DNA of 64,000 nucleotides from an uncultured Flavobacterium sp. GTDB lineage: Bacteria > Bacteroidota > Bacteroidia > Flavobacteriales > Flavobacteriaceae. This document shows positions 18,619 to 28,669 of this stretch, piece by piece. The first letter of the stretch is position 1; every line of letters begins with the position of its first letter. Location of the stretch: contig NZ_CAXBFR010000001.1 in assembly GCF_963975005.1 (NCBI RefSeq), positions 9,594 through 73,593 on the forward strand, written 5' to 3'. A program made the translations under genes and the position numbers. Under the pieces are notes generated by a model. It saw nothing but the letters and a program-made list of their open reading frames with translations, was not told the DNA's origin and searched no databases.

Positions 18619-20388
18619 TTATATAGTACTAATAGTTTTTAATATAGATATAACGTCAATTTTGCAAATCTGTTGTAATTCATTAACACTTCCTTGTTCC
18701 ACAAAATTGTCAGAAATGCCTAAATTAACAATTTTGTTAGTATAAGTATTTGAAGTGGCAAAGGAGTTTATTAAACTGCTAAATCCGCCAATAATAACGC
18801 CATCTTCAATTGTAATTATTTTAGAATTCGTTTTAAAAATTTCATTTAAGGTCTTTTCGTCAATAGGCTTAATAAAAGGGAAATGATAATGCGATATTTT
18901 TTTAATTTGACTGAATTCAGCAATAGCTTTTTCTATATTTGAAGCTATAGTTCCAGTTGAAAGAATTGCTATTTCAGAACCTTTTTTCAAACATTCAGCT
19001 TTGCCGATTTCAATAATCTCAAAAGGCTTTTTCCAGTCCACAATTTCTCCTCTTCCTCTTGGATAACGAATTGCAATCGGATGATTTAGTCCTAAAGAAG
19101 CTGTGTACATGATGTTTCTTAATTCAATTGCGTCTTTTGGGGCATAAATTATTAAATTAGGAATGCAATTTAAATAAGCAATATCAAAAACACCATGATG
19201 TGTTGCTCCATCTTCTCCAACTAAACCTGCTCTGTCTAAACAAAAAATAACAGGTAAATTTTGCAAAGCCACATCGTGAATAATTTGATCATAAGCACGC
19301 TGCATAAAAGTGGAATAAATATTACAAAAAACCACCATGCCTTGCGTTGCCATTCCAGCAGCTAAAGTTACAGCATGTTGTTCTGCAATTCCGACATCAA
19401 AAGCTCTTTCAGGAAACGCTTCCATCATGTATTTCATAGAACTTCCGCTTGGCATTGCAGGAGTGATTCCAATTATCTTTTGATTTTTTTCTGCTAATTC
19501 AACTAATGTATGCCCAAAAACATCTTGAAATTTAGGCGGCAAATTTTCTTCATTTTTAGGATGAATTTTACCTGTTTTAGCTTCAAACTTCCCTGGAGCA
19601 TGATATTTAACCTGATCTTTTTCTGCCAATTCTAATCCTTTCCCTTTAGTAGTAATAACATGTAGGAATTTTGGACCTTTTATTTTTTTTAGTCGTTCTA
19701 ATTCGGCTAATAATTTTGGTAAATCGTGACCGTCAATTGGTCCTGAATAATCAAAATTTAAGGATTTTATAATATTATTTTGTTTTGGATTTTTCCCTTC
19801 TTTAACAGCTGTCAAATAATTTTTTAAAGCACCAACACTTGGATCAATTCCAATGGCATTGTCATTTAAAATTACTAATAAATTGGCATCAGTTACTCCA
19901 GCGTGATTTAAGCCTTCAAAAGCCATTCCACTTGCTATAGAAGCATCACCAATTACGGCAATATGTTGTTTTTCAAAATCACCTTTTAGTTTAGAAGCAA
20001 TTGCCATTCCCAAAGCTGCCGAAATTGAAGTTGAAGAATGTCCAACACCAAAAGTATCATATTCGCTTTCACTTCTTTTAGGAAAACCCGAAATCCCGTT
20101 TAAAGTTCTATTAGTTTCAAAAACGTCACGTCGTTCAGTCAAAATTTTATGACCATACGCTTGATGACCAACATCCCAAACCAATAAATCTTCAGGTGTA
20201 TTGAAAATGTAATGTAAAGCAATGGTCAATTCTACAACACCTAAACTTGCTCCCAAATGGCCTTCTCTTTGTGAAATAACATCAATGATGAATTCACGCA
20301 ATTCTTTGGCCAATTGAGTAAGTTGATTTGGAGTAAGTTTCTTCAAATCTTTAGGATTGTTAATATGTGAAAGTAAATTTTCCTTCAT
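18619..20388 (-). CDS. dxs: 1-deoxy-D-xylulose-5-phosphate synthase
   Basis: 589 aa with a TPP-binding region (GDASIASGMAFEGLNHAG) and transketolase-like pyrimidine and C-terminal domains. Confidence 0.95.
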   Translation of the reverse strand: MKENLLSHINNPKDLKKLTPNQLTQLAKELREFIIDVISQREGHLGASLGVVELTIALHYIFNTPEDLLVWDVGHQAYGHKILTERRDVFETNRTLNGISGFPKRSESEYDTFGVGHSSTSISAALGMAIASKLKGDFEKQHIAVIGDASIASGMAFEGLNHAGVTDANLLVILNDNAIGIDPSVGALKNYLTAVKEGKNPKQNNIIKSLNFDYSGPIDGHDLPKLLAELERLKKIKGPKFLHVITTKGKGLELAEKDQVKYHAPGKFEAKTGKIHPKNEENLPPKFQDVFGHTLVELAEKNQKIIGITPAMPSGSSMKYMMEAFPERAFDVGIAEQHAVTLAAGMATQGMVVFCNIYSTFMQRAYDQIIHDVALQNLPVIFCLDRAGLVGEDGATHHGVFDIAYLNCIPNLIIYAPKDAIELRNIMYTASLGLNHPIAIRYPRGRGEIVDWKKPFEIIEIGKAECLKKGSEIAILSTGTIASNIEKAIAEFSQIKKISHYHFPFIKPIDEKTLNEIFKTNSKIITIEDGVIIGGFSSLINSFATSNTYTNKIVNLGISDNFVEQGSVNELQQICKIDVISILKTISTI

Positions 20389-20427
20389 TTGACAAAAGTA
20401 CTAACTTGAAATTGTATTTTTGCTATT

Positions 20428-20868
20428 ATGATAGATATTTTCACCGATGATTATTTTATGAAGAAAGCTTTGCAAGAAGCTGAAACGGCTTTTGAAAAAG
20501 GAGAAGTTCCTGTTGGTGCAATAATTGTTATTGATAACAAAGTCATTGCAAGAAGTCATAACCTAACAGAATTGCTTAATGATGTTACAGCTCATGCTGA
20601 AATGCAAGCGATTACAAGCGCTGCAAATTTTATTGGAGGAAAATATTTAAAAGGGTGCACGCTTTATGTTACCTTAGAACCTTGCCAAATGTGTGCTGGT
20701 GCTTTGTATTGGAGTCAAATTTCTAAAATAGTTTATGGCGCTTCCGATGAAAATAGAGGTTTTGTAAAAATGGGAACACAATTACACCCCAAAACAGAAG
20801 TTGTAAGTGGAGTTTTAGAAAAAGATTGTTCACTGTTGATGAGAGCTTTTTTTAGAATGAAAAGGTAA
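20428..20868 (+). CDS. tadA: tRNA adenosine(34) deaminase
   Basis: HAEMQAI and PCQMCAGAL zinc-binding deaminase motifs, 146 aa. Confidence 0.9.
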   Translation: MIDIFTDDYFMKKALQEAETAFEKGEVPVGAIIVIDNKVIARSHNLTELLNDVTAHAEMQAITSAANFIGGKYLKGCTLYVTLEPCQMCAGALYWSQISKIVYGASDENRGFVKMGTQLHPKTEVVSGVLEKDCSLLMRAFFRMKR

Positions 20869-20970
20869 TTTTTGTAAGTTAAGCTTTAATTTTTTTTATA
20901 TCTTTAGACAATAATAAACTCAATATTAGAGTTTTGTTTTTTATTAGATAAATCTTTAAAAATAATTGCT

Positions 20971-23900
20971 ATGAAGTTAAATCGCTATTTACAGTTGATC
21001 GTATTGTTAATTGTGAGTTACTCTTGTGGAAAAAAATCAGAAAATTTCAATTCGGATTTTAGTTTGTATAAAGATTACATTCTTAATTTTAGTTCTGGAT
21101 TAGTTTCTGCAGAAACCGATTTTAGAGTTGTTTTAGCTTTTGATAATAAAGAATGGACGCCAAATCAAGAATTAGACAGTGATTTGTTCTCAATAAGTCC
21201 AAATGTATCAGGAAAAGTTGTAGCGCTTTCTTCAAATACAGTTGCTTTTATTCCATCAGAAAAATTAAAACAGGACACAGAATATCAAATAACTTTTCAT
21301 TTAGATGAAGTTAAAGATGTGCCTAAAAAGTTAGAAGAATTCAATTTTACAATAAAAACTATAAAGCAAGATTTTTTAGTAAACACATTAGATTTACAAT
21401 CGTATAGCAAAGAATATCAATATCTTAATGCTACAATTGCTTTTAGCGATAACATGGATGTTGAATCAGCCAAAAAAATAATTAAAGCGAGCCAAGGGGA
21501 TAAAAATTTAAAGATCAAATTTGATAAAGATTTATCAAATACAAAAGAATATAAATTTGTTATCGATAGCATTCAACGAAAAGTAGAGGATAGCAAAATA
21601 AATATTTTATGGGATGGCTCTGCTCTTGATATTGATCAACAAGGAACAGTAAATTTTGATATTCCAGGAAAAAACAATTTCAAAGTTATTTCAGCTCAAA
21701 TTCAAGAAGACAATGCGCAAGTTTTATTGATTAATTTTTCTGATCCCATAAAAAAAGGCCAAAATTTAGATGGTTTGGTTCAAGTTGAATCAGCGTCTAA
21801 TTTAAAATTTGCTACTGCAGGAAATCTTTTAAAAGTCTTTTTTACTGAATCTTTGAAAGGAGAATTATTAGTTGAAGTTTTTCAAGGCATTCAAAGTGAA
21901 GATGGTTATAAAATGAAATACGATTTTTCAGAAAAAGTAACTTTTGACCAAGTAAAACCTGAGATTAGATTTGTAAAAAGCGGAACTATACTACCAAGTT
22001 CAAACAATTTAAAAATCAATTTTGAAGCAGTTAATCTTAAGGCTGTTGATGTAAAAGTATATCAAATTTATAAAAACAACATACTACAATTTCTTCAATA
22101 TAATGAAATTAATGGAAGTCAAAATCTTAGGAATGTAGCCCAACCAATAGCAAAACAAACCATAATTTTAAAAACAAACAATTTAGCTAATTATGGCGAT
22201 TGGAATGCATATGCATTAGATTTGTCTAAAATAATTGCAGTTGATCAGGGTTCAATTTATAGAGTAGAATTAACCTATAAAAAGAAATATTCATTATATA
22301 AATGTACTTCAACAACTATAGACGAAGAAGAAGAGGAAGCTGTAGATGAAGATGAAGTACGTTCTAACCAATATTATTATGATGATGACGATTACTATTA
22401 TGACGATTACAATTGGAATGAAAGAGATGATCCGTGCTCAAATTCATACTATTATAACAACAAAATTTTTACGAATGTAATTGCAACCGATTTAGGAGTA
22501 ATTGCTAAAAGAGGTGAAAACGGTTCTTACTTTTTTGCTGTAAATAACATCATTACAACTGAACCTGTCGCTGGAGCTGTTATTGATTTATACAACTTTC
22601 AACAACAAAAATTAGCAACTATAAAAACGGATGCTCAAGGTTTGGTAAATGCAGATATTACTAAATACGCTTATTTTGCTATAGTGACGAATGACAACAA
22701 TACAACTTATGTTAAATTAGATGAAGGGCAATCACTTTCGGTAAGTAACTTTGATGTTGGAGGAGAACAATTACAAAAGGGATTGAAAGGTTATATTTAT
22801 GGGGAAAGAGGAGTCTGGCGACCAGGTGACACATTACACATAGCTTTTATGTTGAATGATAATGAAAGTAAATTAGAAAAAACACATCCTCTAAAATTCA
22901 AATTGTCAAATCCGCAAGGAAAAGCAATGTATGTTGCGGTTCAAAAATATAATGAAAACAATCATTATAAGTTTAAAGTTGTGACTAAAGATTCAGACAT
23001 TACTGGAAATTGGGAAGCTAAAATATCAATTGGTGGAGTTCATTTTTATAAAAGTATTAAAATTGAAACCATAAAACCGAATCGTCTAAAAATCAAAAAT
23101 AGTTTTGCTGATGGAAATTTATCGGGCAACAAACCCAATAACGGAACCATTGAAGTAGCTTGGTTGCATGGATCAATTGCAAAAAACTTAAAAGTGGATA
23201 TGCAAGCCAAATTTATGCAACAAGTAACTGCTTTTAAAGGGTTTTCAAACTATGATTTTGATGATGACGTTAGAAGTTTTTCATCAGAAGAAGTCAATGT
23301 ATTCTCTGGAAAAGTGGATGATTTTGGAAAAACAAATGTTACCATTCAACCTAAAATTAAAAATCAAGCACCCGGAAAATTGAAAGTCGTTTTTCAAACC
23401 AAAGCTTATGAAAATGGAGGTGACTTTAGTACAGATGTAGTAACAGCAACTTATTCACCCTACAAAACTTATGTTGGAATTAAAAGTCCAGAACCGAATA
23501 AGTACGGAATGTTAGAAACTGAAAAAGTAAATCGTTTTGACATCGTTACCGTAGATGAAAATGGCAAACCAAAAGCAGTCAAAAATCTTGAAGCACGAGT
23601 GTATAAAGTTGATTGGCGTTGGTGGTGGAACAGTTCAGGTGATGATTTATCTAAATATAATTCTTCTCAAGTTACAACGGCTTACAAAAATTTTAATGTA
23701 AGTACGAATGCTTCAGGGAAATCAAGCGTTCAATTCAAAGTATCTGAAAACGATTGGGGAAGATACTTGATAAGAGTAATTGATAATGAAGGTGGTCATG
23801 CAACAAGCAAAACGGAAATTATCGATTGGCCAATTTGGTCAGGAAAAACAAAATCTGGTGATGCTTCAACTGCAAACATGCTAGTGTTTACTTCTGATAA

Positions 23901-26469
23901 AACAAAATACACAGTTGGTGAAAAAGCAACCGTTTCTTTCCCGTCAAGTCAAGGTGGAAGAGCTTTAATTTCAATTGAAAATGGTTCTAAAGTAGTTTCA
24001 TCATTTTGGGCAATGACAACAAAAGGAGAAACAAAAGTTGAAATTCCTGTTACACCAGAAATGGCTCCTAATGTGTATGTAAATATTTCATTATTAAAAC
24101 CACATGCTTCAACAGTAAATGATACTCCAATTAGAATGTATGGAATTTTACCGATTGAAGTGGTTGATAAAAACACTTTACTTCAACCTGAAATTGCTAT
24201 GGCAAGTGTTTTAAAACCTGAAACTAAAACTACTATCAAAGTAAGTGAAAAAGAAGGGAAAGAGATGACTTACACATTAGCAATTGTAGATGATGGTTTG
24301 TTAGATTTAACACGATTCAAAACACCAAATGCTTGGGATAAATTTTATGCTCGACAAGCTTTAGGTGTAAAAACTTGGGATGTTTATGATGATGTAATTG
24401 GTGCTTATGGTGGAAAAATAAACCAAATTTTCAGTATTGGTGGAGATGAAGATTTAGGTGGTGGAAGTTCCAAAAAAGCCAACCGATTTAAACCTGTTGT
24501 TATTTATTTAGGGCCTTTCAAATTAGAAAAAGGACAAACAAAATTACATACAGTTGAATTGCCAAATTATATAGGTTCAGTTCGTACAATGGTTGTAGCT
24601 GGTGATGCCAAAACAAACGCTTATGGAAGTGTCGAAAAAACAACTCCAGTAAGAAAACCTTTAATGGTGTTGGCTTCCGTTCCAAGAAAAATTTCTCCAA
24701 ACGAAAAAGTAACTTTACCAATTACGGTTTTCGCAATGGAAAATCATGTGAAAAATGTAACAGTTCAGTTAAAAACCAATAATGCTGTTCGATTGACTTC
24801 TGCTTCAAAACAGAATGTAAGTTTTAGTTCACCTGATGAAAAAATGGTGTACTTTGATTTAGAAGTTGGAAATGTTTTAGGAATCGGAAAAATTGAAGTA
24901 ATTGCTACTTCAGGAAATGAAAAAGCTACTTATGAAGTCGAATTAGATGTTACCAATCCAAATCCAATAACAAATGATTTTGTAGATGTGGTGATTGAAC
25001 CCAATTCAAGTAAAACTATTCAATGGAATACTTTTGGAGTCGAAGGAAGTAACAAAGCTAGGTTAGAAGTTTCTTCTTTTCCAACAATTGATTTTAATGG
25101 TCGAATTCAATATTTGATTCAATATCCTCATGGTTGTGTAGAGCAAACAACTTCAAGTGTTTTTCCTCAATTGTATTTAGGTGATGTTATGGATTTAGAT
25201 GGCAATAGAAAATCAGAAATGCAAAAAAACATCAACGCTGGAATTCAAAAATTAGGAGGTTTCCAACAAGTAAATGGTGGATTGTCCTATTGGCCAGGAA
25301 GTTCTAGTGCTGATGATTGGGGAACTTCTTATGCAGGACATTTCCTTTTAGAAGCGGAGAAAAAAGGCTATGTTTTGCCAATTTCTTTCAAACAAAAATG
25401 GATTTCGTACCAACAAACAGAAGCCAAAAAATGGAGGTTTAACCAACAATATCATAATGATTTTGCACAAGCTTATCGTTTGTATACTTTAGCTTTAGCT
25501 GGCGTTCCAGATATGGGTTCAATGAATCGTTTAAGAGAAACTTCTGGAATTTCAAATGAATCTAAAATAAGACTAGCTGCAACTTACGCAATCACAGGAC
25601 AGAAAAATACAGCTTTAGCTTTGTTAAATTCAACTTCTGTTGATAATTCAAATGATAGAAATTACTATTATTATGGCTCTTCTGAAAGAAATAGAGCGAT
25701 GCTTTTAGAAACGTATTTGTTAGTAAATGACAATCAAAAAGCATTTGGTTTAGCTACTAAAATTGCTAATTCACTTTCTTCTAAAAATTACATGAGTACG
25801 CAAACAACAGCTTATTGTTTATATGCTATGTCAAAATTTGCCATTAAAAATGGTGGAAAAGGAATCAATGCTTCTTTCACTAATAACGGAAAATCCGAAA
25901 CAATAACTTCCAACAAATCTATTGCAGATAGAAAGTTATTGGTAAAAAACGGTTCAAATAGCGTGACGATTAAAAACAACAAAGACAATACCATTTATGT
26001 CCGTGTTTTAAACAGCGGAATTTTACCTGTAGGTGAAGAAAAAGTTATGCAGAATAACTTATTCGGAAACATTACATTCAAAACTAGAAATGGTAACACA
26101 ATTTCTTTAAACGAAATCAAACAAGGAACTGAAATTGTGGCTCAAGTTACTATCAGAAATCAATCCAATGATAATATTGACAATGTAGCGTTATCTCAGA
26201 TTATTCCGTCAGGATTTGAAATCATGAATTCACGTTATACAGATTTTGGTGATTTTGCTCAAAATAAGGCTGATTACATCGATATTCGTGATGATAGAAC
26301 ACAATTCTATTTTGAACTTCGAGCAAATGAATCCAGAACATTTACGGTTTTATTAAACGCAACTTATTTAGGAGATTATTATTTCCCAGGTATTCAATGT
26401 GAAGCTATGTATGACAACAATTATATAGTAAGAACAAAAGGAGAATGGGTGAAAATTGTAAAGGATTAA
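20971..26469 (+). CDS. alpha-2-macroglobulin family lipoprotein (YfhM/ECAM-like) with intact thioester motif
   Basis: 1832 aa, lipobox (VSYSC), repeated MG-like beta domains and the thioester site YPHGCVEQTTSS (CVEQ at nt 25135-25146). Followed 3 nt later by pbpC. Confidence 0.9.
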   Translation: MKLNRYLQLIVLLIVSYSCGKKSENFNSDFSLYKDYILNFSSGLVSAETDFRVVLAFDNKEWTPNQELDSDLFSISPNVSGKVVALSSNTVAFIPSEKLKQDTEYQITFHLDEVKDVPKKLEEFNFTIKTIKQDFLVNTLDLQSYSKEYQYLNATIAFSDNMDVESAKKIIKASQGDKNLKIKFDKDLSNTKEYKFVIDSIQRKVEDSKINILWDGSALDIDQQGTVNFDIPGKNNFKVISAQIQEDNAQVLLINFSDPIKKGQNLDGLVQVESASNLKFATAGNLLKVFFTESLKGELLVEVFQGIQSEDGYKMKYDFSEKVTFDQVKPEIRFVKSGTILPSSNNLKINFEAVNLKAVDVKVYQIYKNNILQFLQYNEINGSQNLRNVAQPIAKQTIILKTNNLANYGDWNAYALDLSKIIAVDQGSIYRVELTYKKKYSLYKCTSTTIDEEEEEAVDEDEVRSNQYYYDDDDYYYDDYNWNERDDPCSNSYYYNNKIFTNVIATDLGVIAKRGENGSYFFAVNNIITTEPVAGAVIDLYNFQQQKLATIKTDAQGLVNADITKYAYFAIVTNDNNTTYVKLDEGQSLSVSNFDVGGEQLQKGLKGYIYGERGVWRPGDTLHIAFMLNDNESKLEKTHPLKFKLSNPQGKAMYVAVQKYNENNHYKFKVVTKDSDITGNWEAKISIGGVHFYKSIKIETIKPNRLKIKNSFADGNLSGNKPNNGTIEVAWLHGSIAKNLKVDMQAKFMQQVTAFKGFSNYDFDDDVRSFSSEEVNVFSGKVDDFGKTNVTIQPKIKNQAPGKLKVVFQTKAYENGGDFSTDVVTATYSPYKTYVGIKSPEPNKYGMLETEKVNRFDIVTVDENGKPKAVKNLEARVYKVDWRWWWNSSGDDLSKYNSSQVTTAYKNFNVSTNASGKSSVQFKVSENDWGRYLIRVIDNEGGHATSKTEIIDWPIWSGKTKSGDASTANMLVFTSDKTKYTVGEKATVSFPSSQGGRALISIENGSKVVSSFWAMTTKGETKVEIPVTPEMAPNVYVNISLLKPHASTVNDTPIRMYGILPIEVVDKNTLLQPEIAMASVLKPETKTTIKVSEKEGKEMTYTLAIVDDGLLDLTRFKTPNAWDKFYARQALGVKTWDVYDDVIGAYGGKINQIFSIGGDEDLGGGSSKKANRFKPVVIYLGPFKLEKGQTKLHTVELPNYIGSVRTMVVAGDAKTNAYGSVEKTTPVRKPLMVLASVPRKISPNEKVTLPITVFAMENHVKNVTVQLKTNNAVRLTSASKQNVSFSSPDEKMVYFDLEVGNVLGIGKIEVIATSGNEKATYEVELDVTNPNPITNDFVDVVIEPNSSKTIQWNTFGVEGSNKARLEVSSFPTIDFNGRIQYLIQYPHGCVEQTTSSVFPQLYLGDVMDLDGNRKSEMQKNINAGIQKLGGFQQVNGGLSYWPGSSSADDWGTSYAGHFLLEAEKKGYVLPISFKQKWISYQQTEAKKWRFNQQYHNDFAQAYRLYTLALAGVPDMGSMNRLRETSGISNESKIRLAATYAITGQKNTALALLNSTSVDNSNDRNYYYYGSSERNRAMLLETYLLVNDNQKAFGLATKIANSLSSKNYMSTQTTAYCLYAMSKFAIKNGGKGINASFTNNGKSETITSNKSIADRKLLVKNGSNSVTIKNNKDNTIYVRVLNSGILPVGEEKVMQNNLFGNITFKTRNGNTISLNEIKQGTEIVAQVTIRNQSNDNIDNVALSQIIPSGFEIMNSRYTDFGDFAQNKADYIDIRDDRTQFYFELRANESRTFTVLLNATYLGDYYFPGIQCEAMYDNNYIVRTKGEWVKIVKD

Positions 26470-26472
26470 AAG

Positions 26473-28500
26473 GTGTTTCAACGAATAAAAAAATGGATAC
26501 TAAACAATAAAATAAAAACTACCATCATCCTTTTTTTGATGGTAGTTTATTACTTTTCATTACCCAGAAAATTATTTGAAAATAATTATGCAACAGTCAT
26601 AGAAAGTAATGACGGACAATTATTAGGAGCCAAAATTGCCAAAGATGGTCAATGGCGTTTTCCTGAAAGTGATAGCATTCCCACAAAGTTTAAAGAATGT
26701 ATCATTGCTTTTGAAGACCAACATTTTTATCAACATTTTGGATTTAATCCAGTTTCCATGTATCATGCTTTTTTGCAAAATCGAAAAGCCAATAAAGTGG
26801 TTCGTGGGGGAAGTACCTTAACGCAACAAGTCATTAGATTACATCGAAAGGGCAAAAGCAGAAGCTATTTAGAAAAAATAATCGAACTCATTTTATCTAC
26901 ACGTTTAGAATTTAGACATTCAAAAGATGAAATTCTACAATTATATGCAGCTCATGCACCTTTTGGAAGTAATGTTGTCGGATTAGAAATGGCTTCTTGG
27001 AAATATTTTGGTTTGCAACCCAATCAATTATCTTGGGCAGAAGCATCAACTTTAGCGGTTTTACCCAATGCTCCAAGTTTGATTTATCCTGGGAAAAATC
27101 AAGAAAGATTGCTTAAAAAACGAAATATTTTACTCAAAAAACTATTTTCAAATGAAGTAATTGATAAAGAAACTTATGAATTAGCACTTCAAGAAATGTT
27201 ACCTCAAAAACCTTTTGATGTACCACAAATTGCTCCTCATTTACTCGAAAAAATAGCTAAAACAAATCGTGGAGAGAAAATCAAAACTACAATTAATACG
27301 CATGTTCAAGAACAAGCTAATGAAATTGTAAGGCAATATTATAATTTGTACAAACAAAACCAAGTTTACAATATTTCTGTTTTGGTTGTTGAAGTAAAAA
27401 CCCGAAATGTTGTTGCTTATGTAGGAAATAGCCCAACGGATAAAAATCATCAAAAAGATGTGGATATTATTTCAGCACCAAGAAGTACAGGAAGTATTTT
27501 GAAACCTTTTTTGTATGCTTCTATGTTAGATGATGGTGAACTTTTGCCAAATACTTTAATTCCAGATATTCCAACACAAATTTCAGGATATTCTCCCCAA
27601 AATTATAATTTGACTTATGATGGTGCTGTACCAGCAAGTAAGGCTTTATCACGTTCTTTAAATATTCCAGCTGTTTTGATGCTTCAAGATTATTCTGTCA
27701 ATAAATTTTATGAGCAGTTACAAAAGTTAAAATTGAGTGATATCAACAGACAACCAAGTAATTATGGCTTGTCCTTAATTTTAGGTGGAGCAGAATCAAA
27801 CTTATGGGATTTATGCAATTCTTATGCGTATATGTCAAGCACGTTGAATCATTTCAATAAAAACAATGACGAATATAGAACTAATGAATTAAGTAGTTTA
27901 AACCTAAATTTCAATAAAAAATTAGATTTTGGAAAGTCAACGCGACAAAAAAATGTATTTGGAGCTGGAGCCATTTGGCAAACCTTCAATGCTATGAAAG
28001 AAGTCAATCGTCCAGAAGGTGATGAGGCTTGGCGTTTTTATGATTCTTCACTAGAAATTGCTTGGAAAACAGGAACAAGTTTTGGAAGTAGAGATGCTTG
28101 GGCAATTGGTGCAACCAAAGAATATGTAGTTGGAGTTTGGGTTGGAAATGCAACTGGTGAAGGAAGGCCATTATTAACTGGAGTAGAAAGTGCAGCGCCG
28201 ATTTTGTTTGATGTTTTTCATTTGTTACCCAAATCAAAATGGTTTGAAACCCCTTTTAATGATTTAGAAGAAGTTAAGGTTTGTTCTGTTTCAGGCTATT
28301 TAGCCCAAGAAAATTGTCCATCAAAAAATCAATGGATTCCGAAAAGAGCTAAGAAAACAGAAAATTGTCCTTATCATAAATTAATTCATTTAGATAAGAG
28401 TGAACAATTTAGAGTAAATTCAATTTGTGAAAGTGTTGATGCTATAGTTTCAAAATCTTGGTTTGTTTTGCCGCCATTAATTGTTTTGGTATTTAGATAA
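26473..28500 (+). CDS. pbpC: penicillin-binding protein 1C (bifunctional transglycosylase/transpeptidase), apparently truncated at the C-terminus
   Basis: GT51 motifs (AFEDQHFYQHFGFNP, RGGSTLTQQ) and transpeptidase SxxK (STGSILKP), SRS and KTGTS motifs. GTG start. The reading frame ends at ..WFVLPPLIVLVFR*, while the expected C-terminal residues continue in another frame (next feature). Confidence 0.85.
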   Translation: MFQRIKKWILNNKIKTTIILFLMVVYYFSLPRKLFENNYATVIESNDGQLLGAKIAKDGQWRFPESDSIPTKFKECIIAFEDQHFYQHFGFNPVSMYHAFLQNRKANKVVRGGSTLTQQVIRLHRKGKSRSYLEKIIELILSTRLEFRHSKDEILQLYAAHAPFGSNVVGLEMASWKYFGLQPNQLSWAEASTLAVLPNAPSLIYPGKNQERLLKKRNILLKKLFSNEVIDKETYELALQEMLPQKPFDVPQIAPHLLEKIAKTNRGEKIKTTINTHVQEQANEIVRQYYNLYKQNQVYNISVLVVEVKTRNVVAYVGNSPTDKNHQKDVDIISAPRSTGSILKPFLYASMLDDGELLPNTLIPDIPTQISGYSPQNYNLTYDGAVPASKALSRSLNIPAVLMLQDYSVNKFYEQLQKLKLSDINRQPSNYGLSLILGGAESNLWDLCNSYAYMSSTLNHFNKNNDEYRTNELSSLNLNFNKKLDFGKSTRQKNVFGAGAIWQTFNAMKEVNRPEGDEAWRFYDSSLEIAWKTGTSFGSRDAWAIGATKEYVVGVWVGNATGEGRPLLTGVESAAPILFDVFHLLPKSKWFETPFNDLEEVKVCSVSGYLAQENCPSKNQWIPKRAKKTENCPYHKLIHLDKSEQFRVNSICESVDAIVSKSWFVLPPLIVLVFR

Positions 28501-28627
28501 TAAGTATTTAGGAAGTACAAAAACATTCCATGAAATGCCAATCATAGCTAAAACAGGCTTTCATATTGTAACGGTAGTTGATGAATTAGGAAATGAAATT
28601 AGGAGAAAAGTAGAATTTGAACAATAA
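28481..28627 (+). pseudogene. pbpC: out-of-frame 3' remnant of pbpC (end of the C-terminal beta-sandwich domain)
   Basis: My translation of the frame starting at nt 28481 gives LFWYLDNKYLGSTKTFHEMPIIAKTGFHIVTVVDELGNEIRRKVEFEQ*. This looks like a PbpC C-terminal domain ending, immediately followed by a strong terminator. Confidence 0.6.
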
Positions 28628-28632
28628 AAAAA

Positions 28633-28662
28633 CCGTTTAGAACTAAATCTAAACGGTTTTTT
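28633..28662. terminator. bidirectional terminator between pbpC (+) and rng (-)
   Basis: CCGTTTAGA (28633-28641) pairs with TCTAAACGG (28648-28656). A7 upstream and T6 downstream. Confidence 0.8.
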
Positions 28663-28669
28663 AATAATC

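Noticed and set aside
20389-20427. -7 boxes TACTTTTG (dxs, minus strand) and TATTTTTG (tadA) in the 39-bp divergent gap.
   Set aside because: Both would place the transcription start at or within a few nt of the annotated start codons. That requires either leaderless mRNAs or different start codons, so they are not reported as features.
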